A DNA stretch of 64,000 nucleotides, from NCBI RefSeq assembly GCF_030144855.1, contig NC_082726.1:38502001-38566000 (forward strand). The letters run 5' to 3'. Source of the DNA: Hypanus sabinus. Taxonomy: Eukaryota. The stretch's first letter is position 1. Every line of letters starts with the position of its first letter. Below the pieces are notes generated by a model that searched no databases, was not told the origin of the DNA, and saw only the letters and a program-made list of their open reading frames with translations. Positions 38,701 to 50,800 of the stretch are shown here, piece by piece. A program made the position numbers and the translations under genes.

Positions 38701-39452
38701 TTAATTCTGATAAGTATTTGTTGAAGAAGGATTCATCGGAGCATAAAGCAAGTGCATTTACTGAGGTTCGAAGACAGCGCGAAAAAGCCAAAGCTGAAAA
38801 ATTAGACGGCAGTGCTAAAGATGAAACCCCTGACTTGACGAGGAAGGTGGGTGCAAGAGCAGAGGTGGGTCTCAGTTCCTCTGGCAGCGCCTTCTCTTCA
38901 GTTTTGCCTTCTGGTGTCAGAGCAGATGAGCAGAAGAGTGCATTCTGTCAGCCATGCAGACGAACGGGGGAAGGGACCCCTTTGCTTCTGAGCCATGCTA
39001 CTGCTGAGGTCGCCGGGGATTTATCTGATTCCACCGCTACGAGTCATCTCCTGGGTCCCACTAATCTGCTAAACTCTAAGTCTATCAACACTGATCTTGG
39101 CAATTCTCACATATTACACGCAAGTGTTGCAACCGGCAGCCCACTTTTATACCCCACTGACATGTGGCCAAAACCGGTTGGCGTTCAACTCCAATCCACG
39201 TCCACGCTGACACTGCTCCCCCCATCCTACACGTCCTTCGGGGTTTCTGCTCAGAACTGGTGCGCCAAATGCAACGCGTCCTTTCGAATGACTTCAGACC
39301 TGGTGTTTCACATGAGGTCTCACCACAAAAAAGAGTATGCAACCGACTACTTGAACAAGAGAAGGCGAGAGGAAAAGTTGACGTGCCCGATATGTAATGA
39401 GTTTTTTAGAGAGCGCCATCATCTATCCCGACACATGACATCTCACAATTGA
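35570..39452 (+). CDS. ZNF488: Zinc finger protein 488 / PRDM8 paralogue with PR/SET domain, ~541 aa; exons 35570-35785, 36163-36394, 38275-39452
   Basis: In-frame GT-AG splicing (216+232+1178 nt = 542 codons). N-terminal PRDM8-type PR domain (GLWTGD...FGPC...YDTIAFIALKS..PYVFRVD...WLRLVQAA...EQNLEAY...YYRSTRRIRRDEELFVWY), a CxxC..H..C finger, and two terminal C2H2 fingers (QNWCAKCNASFRMTSDLVFHMRSHH; CPICNEFFRERHHLSRHMTSH). DLVFHM and adjacency to RBP3 favour ZNF488 over PRDM8. Confidence 0.9.
36163..36394 (+). CDS. ZNF488: ZNF488 coding exon 2 (PR domain, C-half)
   Basis: ttccgtgcag|GTG GAT; VDITALNSSTDGLSWLRLVQ...EELFVWYDNEL; donor A|GTGAGT, phase 1. Confidence 0.9.
37930..38185 (+). mobile_element. 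tRNA-derived SINE (V-SINE-like) in ZNF488 intron
   Basis: B-box gggttcaattccc, core ggtttccaccaggtgctccatttcccc...ccaaagac, tail tacatgtgacaaat. Confidence 0.7.
38275..39452 (+). CDS. ZNF488: ZNF488 coding exon 3 (zinc fingers, stop)
   Basis: ttttcggcag|CA TTC AGA TGC; long ORF ending HMTSHN-TGA. Confidence 0.92.
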
Positions 39453-42400
39453 GTTGTGAATTCAAACTGAAGGGAGTGAATTTTAAAGGCTTCCCGACAG
39501 TATGACCAGAAGAAGCTAGGATGGAATTCCTTAAGAAACTGTTGTCACTTCAGATGAGAGTGAGTTCGTCTCACGGGCAATATTACAACAGGAAGGAGAA
39601 ACAGTCTTAAATATAAAAAAAACAATCTATTTAGGCAATAAGATATATTAGAGTTATGTAAAGGTACCAATGACATTAAAGGTTATACTTGTAGGATAAT
39701 CGTTTTGATCTGGCAATGAATTAACTGTGCACCCCATGGACCATTCATGATAACAAATTCCTGCTTTTGAATCTTTGTAAACTTAGAGTATCGACCATGG
39801 ATTCTGCGGTTGATACAACGACCTTCAACCTGTATAATTATTTCTGTTTGGATAATTAATTTTGCGGAAAATCTGTACCGGAATTCAATTAACTTATCAC
39901 AATGCATTTTTTGTCTCGAATTATAGTTTCATATCATGTAAGCGCAAGTTGGAGAGATTTAAAAAAATACTATTGCTACACCAAACTAACGTGTATCTAT
40001 TTAAAAAGATTCATGATTGCGTGCAAAGCATATATAGATGACTGTTTAGTCTTGAAAATAGTCTAATTCGTACACTACTCCACGACGGTGAATAAAACAA
40101 AATATTTGGGTAGCTAGTTAAAAGCGCTAGCAACAAACAACCTCTCGAATGTACTCCAAGGGTCCAGCAGCATCTGTGAGAGAAGGAACTTTTGACTTTT
40201 CGGGTGGAAACTCTGCATCAGGACGAAGTACTTCTGTACAGTAAAGGCTATGCTATCGATGTGTCTGAATTAAGATAAGCATTAGTGACAGGACCATCCG
40301 AAAGCCCGCCCATGCATTCATTAAAGGCAACTCTATATCTGTCAATCATACCAAAGGCGAGTGGAACAGCAAAACTACTGGCGTACCTCGGTGTTGTGAG
40401 CTTTTTTAATTTGCAGATTAAATTGGAGGATTTTTCAGGATATTTGCATATCTGAGTTGTTCAAGTATCAAGATAAAGAATGACAGTCTGAATATGGTTC
40501 ATTAGTTCTCGTTCTATATTTTCCAGATTTCAGTAATAAGGAGCTCCATATTAAACTGAGATCCCCCCCCCCCACCACCTTAGCACCGTATGAATGTTAA
40601 CTGTGTTGAATAAGTTACGGCTGTAAACGTTTTAGAAGAAGTATGTTGTCCCAGAATTTGAAATTATTTCTAGGTTTGAGGAGATTTCTTGTAATCTGCT
40701 GTTTAGTCATTCACAGATGATGCGGTTCTATTTTTTGTGTAGCTACATGAACCGCAATTCAAGGGACAATTATTGAGATTTCTATTTGAAAAATACAAAT
40801 TATAGCTTTATGTTCCCTTAGCTAGCATAAATGGAGAGAACTCACACCGCTGAACGTTGGAACATATGAAGCGGTCGATAGCTGTATACGAATTTGAGGC
40901 AGGGGTTGGCCACTCGTTCCTTCATTGTTCCTCCATTTAGAAAGGTAATTGCTGATTCGCTTGCATTCCAGTCTACTGGGGTAACCAGCAAACACAGCGT
41001 TAGAAGCGCTGGAAGGGCAGAATAGATCAGCTAGAAATGGTGAAAGGGGCTTCATACTCTGAGGGTTCGCAGCTTCAAATCGGCACCTTTGAATTCAAGA
41101 ATAATCGAAAAGTCTATACTGAAAAAAATTATATCAATTGTTACACCCAAGAGACAATTCAACGCTGGGTAACCAGACCGGAATTCATACTGGACCTATC
41201 AAAAGGTAATAAGCTACATTTATATAGAGCTTTTCACATCCCACGTCAATGCATTTAGGGGAGTTAGTAAGTGACAAAAAGACAAAACGGTGACGATGTC
41301 TAGTTACATACACAAAATGCTGGTGGAACTCAGTGTGTCGGGCAGCATCTAAGGAAGGGGGCAAACAGTCGACGTAATCGTAATGATCTGGTCAACTACT
41401 CATCACAAGTGATTGACGCTCACTCTGAAATTGTACTAACTACTTGAACTCTTTCCTCGTTGAAAGAAGCCATTCGCTTTATTGCGACGCTCTCTGGTAG
41501 CGAGCGAACTGCGATATTGTTCAGCAGTGAGATGCGAAATGATACAGGACGTCAGAAGGTGAGCGGGCGGTGGTCTGTTTCCGGATGCACAGCGTGCATT
41601 TAGTCGACAGAATTCAACAATAGCTTCGGCTTCCAAATCGATTTCTGCGCTATATTTTACATTATTAAGCTCACGGAGGTTTACTGTGGTTTGGGAAGAA
41701 GAAGGTGTCCGAGAATCGAACCCTCTTAAAACTGATTTAGATTGTAAGCGTTTTAGGGGCGGAGAATCAAACTCCGCCGGTTTAGTAGAGACTAACGCCT
41801 ATCCGGGGAAGTTGAGCAGAACAGGATTTAAGCAGAATGGTGACCCTTCGAGCTAAAGTATCCTGCTACCCGCCTGCGAGTGCTAGAAGTTATTCCCGCT
41901 AGCACGAAATACTGCACGGTGTTTAAGGTGGCGCCTTTTAGAACGGAAGTCAATATACGAGGTGTAAGAAGGATAAGGGAGAAGCATAAGAAACACGGTG
42001 GTTGGATTTGGGAGCACCTGTTCGGATGGATGCCAGGGGCAAGTATTTCACGGCATTTTAAAAGTATCTGGACGAGCAAGAGAGTCACAAGGGTCAGAAG
42101 GCTGCGAGCCCAATGATGGTGAATCGGATTAATGTACATGGTCAATGGCCGTGGGGGTGGGTGAATTGCCTGTTCTTCTGCTGTTTGTCTCTGCGAACCT
42201 ATAAAAATATTGCGAAATGATAGAAAATAGAAATCCGAACTGCTGAGCAGTCGCCGCGTCAGGCAAAACTTGAAACCAAAGATCACCGATTTGAAACGTG
42301 TATTGTTCCTTCTGTACAGTATTTGCTAAGAAGTCACTTAACACCCACCTTGAGAAAAGACCGGTGTGAATACTGTATTGCAAACTGATTGACGAATACT

Positions 42401-42647
42401 TTAATGTTACTGGTTTGAAAAGTTTATCGAGAAAGTTTTTTTTACTATCAACAAACAAAACTTAATTCGAAAGGGAGAAAATAGATTTAGCAAATGCAAT
42501 TTTCGCCACTAACTAAGAAGACAGGTGCAATTAAATATTTACACAACCAGCATGCTATTATTTGGATACCCAATTTTAATTCCCAAATATCAGAGGCTGT
42601 TCAGTTCTATGCACACTTCCTCATATAAGAAGGCAGCCGTCAGTCAG

Positions 42648-42730
42648 GTGGACGAAGGGTCTCGGCCCGAAACGTCGACAGCGCTTCTCCCTGTAGATGC
42701 TGCCTGACCAGCATTTTGTGTGTGTTGCTG
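42648..42730 (+). mobile_element. Penelope-like tail with 5'-truncated hammerhead motif
   Basis: gacgaagggtctcggcccgaaacgtcgacagcgcttctcc...agatgctgcctgacc. Confidence 0.7.
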
Positions 42731-43529
42731 GAGGTGTTAACTATTTTGTTAATAATTCATTACTGAGGAGATTCATCATGCAAACCTTCAGATGCATATT
42801 ATTATTTTATTCATTTTGGTCCACTTGTATGTTTCCCGCATTGTTTTATGTGTAAGGTTATTGTCTATAGATTGTTACCCGGAGTACCCTCTGCAGTGTT
42901 CTGACACAAAAGTGACGGACTTACTGACCCAGTGTTGCTTTTGTGGAATTTGCACGTTTTCCCTGTAACTATATGTCACCTCCCTTCCCTCTCCCCACAT
43001 CTCAAAAGACTTGCTGATTGGTGGGATGATTAACTACTGCTAGTGTGGGTGGGGTCAGAAAGGAGAAATGGGATTCAGATTGTACTGAGAGCCAGCATGA
43101 TAATGCTTTATTTTCTAGTTGTTTATCAAATGGATGATAAAAAAATACCAGCAGGCCACATTTTAAGAGCAGTGAGGTGACGGCAATATCGTGCCAACCC
43201 TGGTCAGGCCGCTGTTTTACCGCGGACAGTTGTGGTCAGCATATTGAGGGAAGGACGTGCTCATACAGAAGGTGCAATTAATGCCACTTACATTTTAGTC
43301 AAACTATACTTTCTCTACATTTCTTAAACAAATAAACAGTTTTTGGCATTACTTATATACCGAGACAATTAGTAGTGTTGCCTCTCACACCCCTTCAAAA
43401 TAAAACACGAGATTTTTACAAATCGTTTTGGATTTTAAGGATTTTTATTTTATTTTAGGCTCCTCTTTGTTGAATACCACTTTACTTTAGCACAATCATA
43501 TGAAAGTAGCAATCCTTAGTTACAAATCA

Positions 43530-43535
43530 TTTATT
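43530..43535 (-). other. Candidate RBP3 polyadenylation signal
   Basis: First AATAAA I found on the minus strand downstream of the stop (~950 nt). Confidence 0.35.
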
Positions 43536-44485
43536 TCATTTAACTCCACAGGAAAGTCTTGAAGCGTCAGTCTTCCTTCTCAGGGACTACACACATTCAG
43601 TTTGAGTTGGTACCAGACGTAGTAAAATTTCAGTTCATTTCTGCCAGAATTCATTTCAAAAGAGTACAATCTACTCTCAAACCAAATTTAGGGTCACCTG
43701 CCTTAGACGAAATAGTGACATACAGTATATCTAAACAGGCCGGGGAGTTCTCCACCATATCCCACCAAAGGGATCAATTGTGCCAATGTTTTCTCATACC
43801 TTAAGGTTATTAAATCGATTTTTTTGGCTCGTTCACGTCTTACCAAGAATTATGGGTTATATAATTTTCTTTAGGCAAGGGTCTACAATGAGATTTCCAG
43901 AGTTCAATAGGAAGTTGCTTAGACCTATAACTGATACCCACCCATATAGCCAATAAAATCAACCACAGACAGTATTTAAAAAAAAACGATCAAAGTTGTA
44001 TTGAAAGAAACAACGGTAACTGGGCGTATTACTTCCGAGGCACCTATAGCAGAGCGTTGCTATCGGAAAACGTTCTGCTATTTTTTTTTTCGTAATTGGA
44101 AGCCGGTTGGCAGAGTGCCCTTGAAGTAAGGTTACTCCGTTTATGGTTGTCCTATATTCCAGATAATGGGCGTTAATGCAAACTATGAGAAAGCAAATAA
44201 TGACCAATCTAAAAACAATTGCATAAATGTCTCAGACAAGTGCAATCAAGGCAAACAAAATGAGGGCAACTAACGGTGCCAAAAATGTCCAAAATGTCAC
44301 ACAACCAGGCAGGCAGTGGAGACCCGTTATTTCACTCTGAGCGACATCAACTGAGACATGAGAATGCACTTCTATTTAAAGCGCGCTTGTAGTCTCTACG
44401 CCGAGATTTCACCCCTTCTCTAGGCATTCTATTCAGGAAGCAATTAGCGACAATTATACGCTGTGTGAATCTCCAGAGGAGTAAG

Positions 44486-44811
44486 TTAGGTACGTCCGTG
44501 CAAATGGCTTCTCAGGATCTCCCTAGCCGTCTCCAGCGCTGTGGCAGAGGGTACATCGATGTGAGGTGCGACTCCGGCTCCTTCCCAGGAGGTTCCACCC
44601 GGACTGGACGACCTGACGGTCGGCATAGTCAGGTAGAGGTCGGTGTCGTCTACATGGTAGGTTTGTGGAGGGTGACATCCGCCACTCGTCAACTCGCCGA
44701 CGATGAGAGCTCTTCCCACTCTTTTCATCACGAAGGCGAATTGCTCCGCTGCTCCCGAAGTGACGTTGCTTGTAAGGACAATTAGCTCCCGTTTAGAACC
44801 ATATCGCTCCC
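44486..44811 (-). CDS. RBP3: RBP3 exon 4 (coding part)
   Basis: [63 protein letters not shown]...[11 protein letters not shown]...HLHGRT-TAA. Confidence 0.95.
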
Positions 44812-47800
44812 CTTGACAAAATGAATAACACCGTAATGAGGCGGGATTAAGACTGAGAACGAACAATGAAGCGGATGCTGTCTTCTATTCTTACCTGATG
44901 ACCAAGGAACAGTCCATATTTCGTAGGTTGTGTCATTAGGTCTATTGTAAACGGTATCCAGGAGCACCGGATTCCCATCGTCAAAGAAATAGGAGCACAG
45001 GGTTGGGATAGAAGAGGTGGGTCCTCCAATGTTGTTCCTAGGCCAAACATGTGTGTTTGCATTGTTAAGCTCGTAAACAACAACACATTCGTTAAGCTTG
45101 TAAACAAAAACACACTAGGGTGGGGGCAGAGGGGACACGAGCAAATTCGGCAAGAACCAGAATTAATTTAAACACATGTGAAGAACTAAGCTGTTACATA
45201 CCACCGCAGTATAGTTCTAGGAGACTTTGACATTCGTGTTGCTTAAATGTCAAGATCCATCCATTCACTCAATGAAGCATTAAAATCTACTACAAGGAAC
45301 ACGATGCCGAATGAGCTTAGCGGGTCAGGCAGCAACGATGGAGAGAAATGGACAGTCACCGTTTTGGGGCGAGAACTTTCATCTGGACTGTAGCCATCCA
45401 AATGTTGCCTGACCCGTTGATTTCCTCTGAAATCTTATTGTTCCTGCAGTCCATCTGAACATCAGTCCCAACTCTCCCATCTCCATCAACAGGCCATCAC
45501 ACTTCTGTCCTTACAGTGGTTTATTTTTAGCTGACTTTCAACAACAAGTGTTTTGTCGAGTACCTTTGCACTGTCCGCCATAAAAAAGACAGGAACTCCC
45601 CGTGGCTATCCATTTCAATTTGACTTTCTGTTCTATTCTGATATGTCTGTCCACGGCATAACTCAACCACAATGACGAGGCCAAACTCAGGCTGGAGGAG
45701 CAACACCTCATATTACGTTTGGGTAGCCTCCAACCTGAACATCGACTTCGCTAACTCCCGCTCATTTCTTCCCATTCCCCTCTCTTTTCTTTCATCATTC
45801 TGGTTCCTCTTCCCCACCCTCCCTCCATTTTCTCCCCCGCCTGATCGTCACCTTCCCTGGTTCCCCTCCATCTTTCCTTTCTTCCATGGTCTACTGATAT
45901 CTCCTATTAGCCCCCTTCTTCTTCAGCCCTTTACCGCTTCCATCTATCTTGCCTCACTTCTTACTTCAATTCCCCTTCTCCCACTCACATTCCCCTCAAC
46001 CACATGCTTCCCCCTCCCCGCACCTTCTTATTCTGGCTTCCTTTCTAGTGCTGATGAAGGTCTCGGCCCGAAACGTCGAATATTTATTCTTCTCCATAAA
46101 TGCTGCCCGACCCCGGAATTTCTCCAGTATTTTGTGGACGTTGAAGACCAGAACGCACTTGTTATCTTTCAAGAGCTACGACTACCTCAACCCCGCCTTC
46201 CCAATCTTTTATCCGATCAAGAATTAGAATTATTACGTTATTCTGTTGGATAGTTAGGAAAAAATTAGTTGGAGTTTGCATACTCGCTCTAATTCACTAT
46301 TAGTAGTAAATACGTATTCCCCCCCCCCCCCCAGTAAATAAGATGTAGCGCCTCAGTAGCGTACGGGGCATCGGAAGTAGGGAAGTAGGAGTTCAATCCC
46401 GGCGACCTCTGTAAAGCGTTTCTGTACGTGCTTTAGTGGAATGCGTGGGTTTCACCGGCTCACCCGGTTTCCTCCCACAGTGCAAGGACCTACCGGGTAG
46501 GTTAATTGGTCATTGTAAATTGTCCCGTGATTAGGTTAGGGTAAAATCGCAGATGTCGGGGTTGCTGGGCGGTGCATTTCGAAGGACCTATTGCGATCTG
46601 CGTCTCTTAAAAAAAACTTAAGCAGATGACCTGAACGACTAACTCAAAGATTCGGCCTGATTATACAGAATTGGCGATTATGACGTTTGTCAAAATTTGG
46701 ACTCACGGAAAATAGTAATATATGGCTTAAGGAAATTCATGGACTCCCAACCATCAGGATAATTCCTAAGCACTAAAAGTGAAATATGTGCGTTTGATCA
46801 CATAGTCTTGATCGGAAATGAAATGAAATCCCGGAGATCTATAACAAGCCTGATTCGTTATATTCAGTAACTGAGTTTGATAGGTCGGATTTTACACGCA
46901 GAATCAGGTTTCAGACCCCTCGTAGCCGTTTTTTAAAACGCTGCTAGTAAATAATGCAACAACTTGCCGTGTGGGGTACAAGTACATCAACAGTCATAGT
47001 CAGGAACTGTAGCTTTGTGGCAGACGGACAGTCTCGTTGTGAGTCTGTGATGGCACTGATGCAAGTCTGCCTCTGCCTCACTGATTTGCTGCTGTCCTAA
47101 ACTCAACAGCGCCCTCCATTGTCTTTAATCGATATTGCTACCTCCCACTTCCTACATTAGCCAACCATAAGGGAACGTGGATAAATTGCCAAGTAAATTC
47201 CAAACTATGCGTAGTTGACGTATTGTGCCTAATCTCTCGAAGAAGATGGTGACCGTTTCAAACCCATTTTATGCTGTTCAATCAAAGGCACCCAACAGAG
47301 AATGCTTTCATCAAAGATATCCTGAGAAAAAAAACATCAAAACCCTGGAATGCTTTGATTCACCTTGATGGGATATTGCAATAAATATTTATTATCTCAG
47401 TTTCTCAATTATTGAAGCTGAATATCAAGACGAATTAAAATTGTTATTTTAATTTAGAGCATGGATTTTTGTCAGTCGTTGTTGGAGTTTCCTGAATGAT
47501 AAGCAAACAAAAAGAACTTTCTACTGTACCTAGGCACACGTGACAGTAATAAATCAGACCCAATTCCAGTTCTGATATTTACGACCCAAGATGGCTTCCG
47601 TTCAATTCCGCCATGGACGATACCAAGACTGGCTGCGGAAGAAGGGTTGGGCATGGAGTTAGAAAAGCCATCACGTGAAAAACCCAGCGCTTCTGAAATG
47701 GCAAGAGAAGCTCCGAAGTCCTCAACCCTGGGAGAAGAAGAATCTTCGCCTAGAAGACTCCTGGGTCTGGCCCAGGATAGAGGACTCTAGCGAGCTTCTG

Positions 47801-50800
47801 TAAGGCCCAGTAGAGGTCATGGGCTCAAGTGACTAAGCAGGTATGGTTTCCGTTAATTTAGGATATAAAACTTCACAGGTTAGGCTATTGGATCTTACCA
47901 TGACGCTGTTACCTACGGTGCTTAGAATGCGGTCAGGAGAAAGTTTACCTGGGATACATGCTTCCACTACAGACGCACACAAGAGAGAGTTCGACTCCCG
48001 CATACAAACTTTTGAAAGACTAACTAGTCTCAATGATCATTTTAACTGGTTTGTTTGGAATTAATTCGTCCTATATTACACACCTTAATGAGATGCTCTT
48101 GGGAAAACTGAAGTTTGGCAAAGTATTTTGATTAGTTTTAAATACTTTTGAGACCCGGAAATTGCTCGGAGATTGAAACAACGCATTGAGTGCGGAGGAA
48201 ACATGAGTTATCGAATTAACTTGCATAGCCAACAGGTGAAAACCATTTGAACACTGATCCCCATAGAACCGTCATCAAATGTTGACAGTGAACAATGATA
48301 TGCGGGTTGGTAGGTTACCTGGCCACTTTAACTTTCCCCGAGTGTGCTGGTGAGTTCCGGAAGTTAGGAGAGTTAATGGGGCTGTGGGAAGAATAAACTG
48401 GAATTTTGCAGGAATGGTGCGAATGGGCACTTGATATCCAGCGCGGCTTCAGTGGGTGGAAGGGATGCTGTCCCTCCGGCTGCACAATTTTGAGCATAAT
48501 TTCCATTTCCAGACCATTCAGGATTGAGTTGAAGATAACACTGCACACCACTAGCTAATGTTACCAAGTGCCAAGAAAACGAATCTCAAAGTGATATATA
48601 CGCAGACTGATACATTTACTTTAATCTTTGCATTACCTCAGATCCACAATCAGTGCAATTGTGTGCGCGATCTTATTCCATACGTGAACTGCCATTAGAT
48701 CAGACACTTGGGTAATCAAATCAATGTCGCCGAACATGTCGAAACGGAGGTAGCCGACACCATTCTCAAACACTTTCGTCTGGAAGGAAAATTTAATCAA
48801 GTCTTCAAACATCTCAGGAGGTGGGATCTGGGGGAAAGGGAATAGGAGGAATTAATGGACACAAATTCCGAAAACAATAGATTGTTTCTCAATGCCTTGG
48901 GATTTCGGGTTAGAAAATTTCTGTTATCCTACCGGCATGGGGACCACGCTGGGGATATGGTCCTTCAGATCGTCTGGGATATAAGCTACCCGGAGATGTT
49001 TATCTCCAGAGAGTTTCTGCAGGACCTCCGACAACTTCTGAGCCAGCTCCATCTCGGAATTAATGACAGCGTACTTCCCGTCTTGAATCAAGTCGGCGAT
49101 CAGCTTCGCTACCATAGCACCGATTTCAGCAAATGCATAATTATCTGCCACCAACTTCCCGGCTGTGCGCACAATCCCTGGGACCTTGGCTCGAAGATCT
49201 ATGATGCCAAGGGCCACGCCCATAGCTTCGCTGGCTTGGACCAAAATATGCGGTTCAGTGCCAGATAGGCTCCAAGACTTCCCTGTCACAGCACTTAGAG
49301 CAACCTGATTTGGAATCGAGACATAGAGGTTGCTGTCTCCTATCCGGTAAGTAGATACGGACAAGACGCCTCCAATGGTTGGCTCCCCGACCACTGTTGC
49401 CCTATTCTGGTCTTTCATTGCTCTGGTAAACGCCTCTGCGGCAGAACCCGTGATATGACTAGTTAAGATGTAGATATCCTTATTGGTGGCATATCTTTGG
49501 CCAAGTACCTTGGGCAGTGTCCATACTTCCAAAGTGGACGAGGAGGAGCGGGTAAACACAGTGTACAGGTGACGGAGAGGTTCGGAGTCAAAGAAGTAAG
49601 AACATAAAATCGGAATTGCAGTTGAATAGCCACCGACGTTGTATCTCATGTCAATAATCAGAACGTCTGTATTGACCAGTTTGTTCCAAACCTGGTCCAG
49701 TAACTGTGGGACAATAGCGTTGATGATTTCTGCGTCGGCCATCATATCAAACCGTAGGTACCCAATATTGTTTGGTAGCACTTCAACCTTGAAGAGGGCT
49801 TGAATTGTGCGGTCGAGCTCCTCGGGGGAAGGGATTTTGCTAATGTGGCCGTTTAGGACCTCAGGCGCGCTCTCGCTGTAAAAGACGTGGAAGTGGTGGT
49901 CACCAGAGGTCTCCTTCAGGTCGGAGGTCAACTGAGCAGCCAGTGACTCGTAGTCTACGACAGAGCGGTATAAACCATCCAACCATTTTGATCTGAGCAG
50001 CGAGCTGACCTCGGCGGCCACTTCTGGAATGGCATAGTGGACGTTCAGGAGATACCCAGTGTCTTCCACCACCTTGAACATTTTAGCATGGAACATTAGA
50101 ACATCCTTCGCCTTGTCCATCGCCTCTTCTGCCAAAACTATGGCATCGGGTACCACGCCACCGCCCAGCCAACTCTCCCCATTATTATCTATAAAGTTTA
50201 TGAAAGGGACAGTAATAAACAAATTGGTATTTTCTATGTGAAAGGATTGGGAATGAAGAAGAGTGCCGGATGTGATCTCCCCAATCACGGTGGCCCTACT
50301 CAGTGACTGCATCAGGTAGGCGAGCTCCTCGGCAGCTGTGGCAGTGCGGTGGCTGGTCAGCACGAAGACGCCCTTCTTTGATCCATAGAAGCTCCCATCC
50401 AAATCAGGAAGCGTGAAATATTCTTTGGTGGAGTTGTCCAGCCTGTTGAAAACGGTGTACAATCGAACGGGTGGGTGTCGGTCTTGGAAATATGACAGCA
50501 ACACGGGCACAGCGGCCGAAGTGCCACCTACGTTGTACCTAAGATCTATTATCAAATTGTCAGTGTCTTGAATTGGCCCCCACACTTTCTCAACTATGTA
50601 AGGACTCAGTTTCGTTAATGCCGCCTCAGTAGGAAACACATCGAATCTCAAGTACCCCGTATTGCCGGGTAAGATTTGCACCTGAAACACAGCGTCTACA
50701 ATTTGCCGGAGATAATTGACATCTGATGGTAAGACCTCGGATGGGCTCTCTTCTGTGGTGACCGGAGCTTCGGACCTTACGCTAATCATTAGACGGGGAT

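Noticed and set aside
35570-39452. Calling this gene PRDM8 itself
   Set aside because: It neighbours RBP3 rather than FGF5/BMP3, and has ZNF488-like DLVFHM and TSFGVSAQNW; PRDM8 is not fully excluded without a tree
45672-46253. 193-aa hydrophobic/Pro-rich ORF in an RBP3 intron
   Set aside because: Chance frame through the pyrimidine-rich Penelope 3' region
46345-46400. tRNA-like B-box
   Set aside because: It is a SINE head; no cloverleaf can be formed
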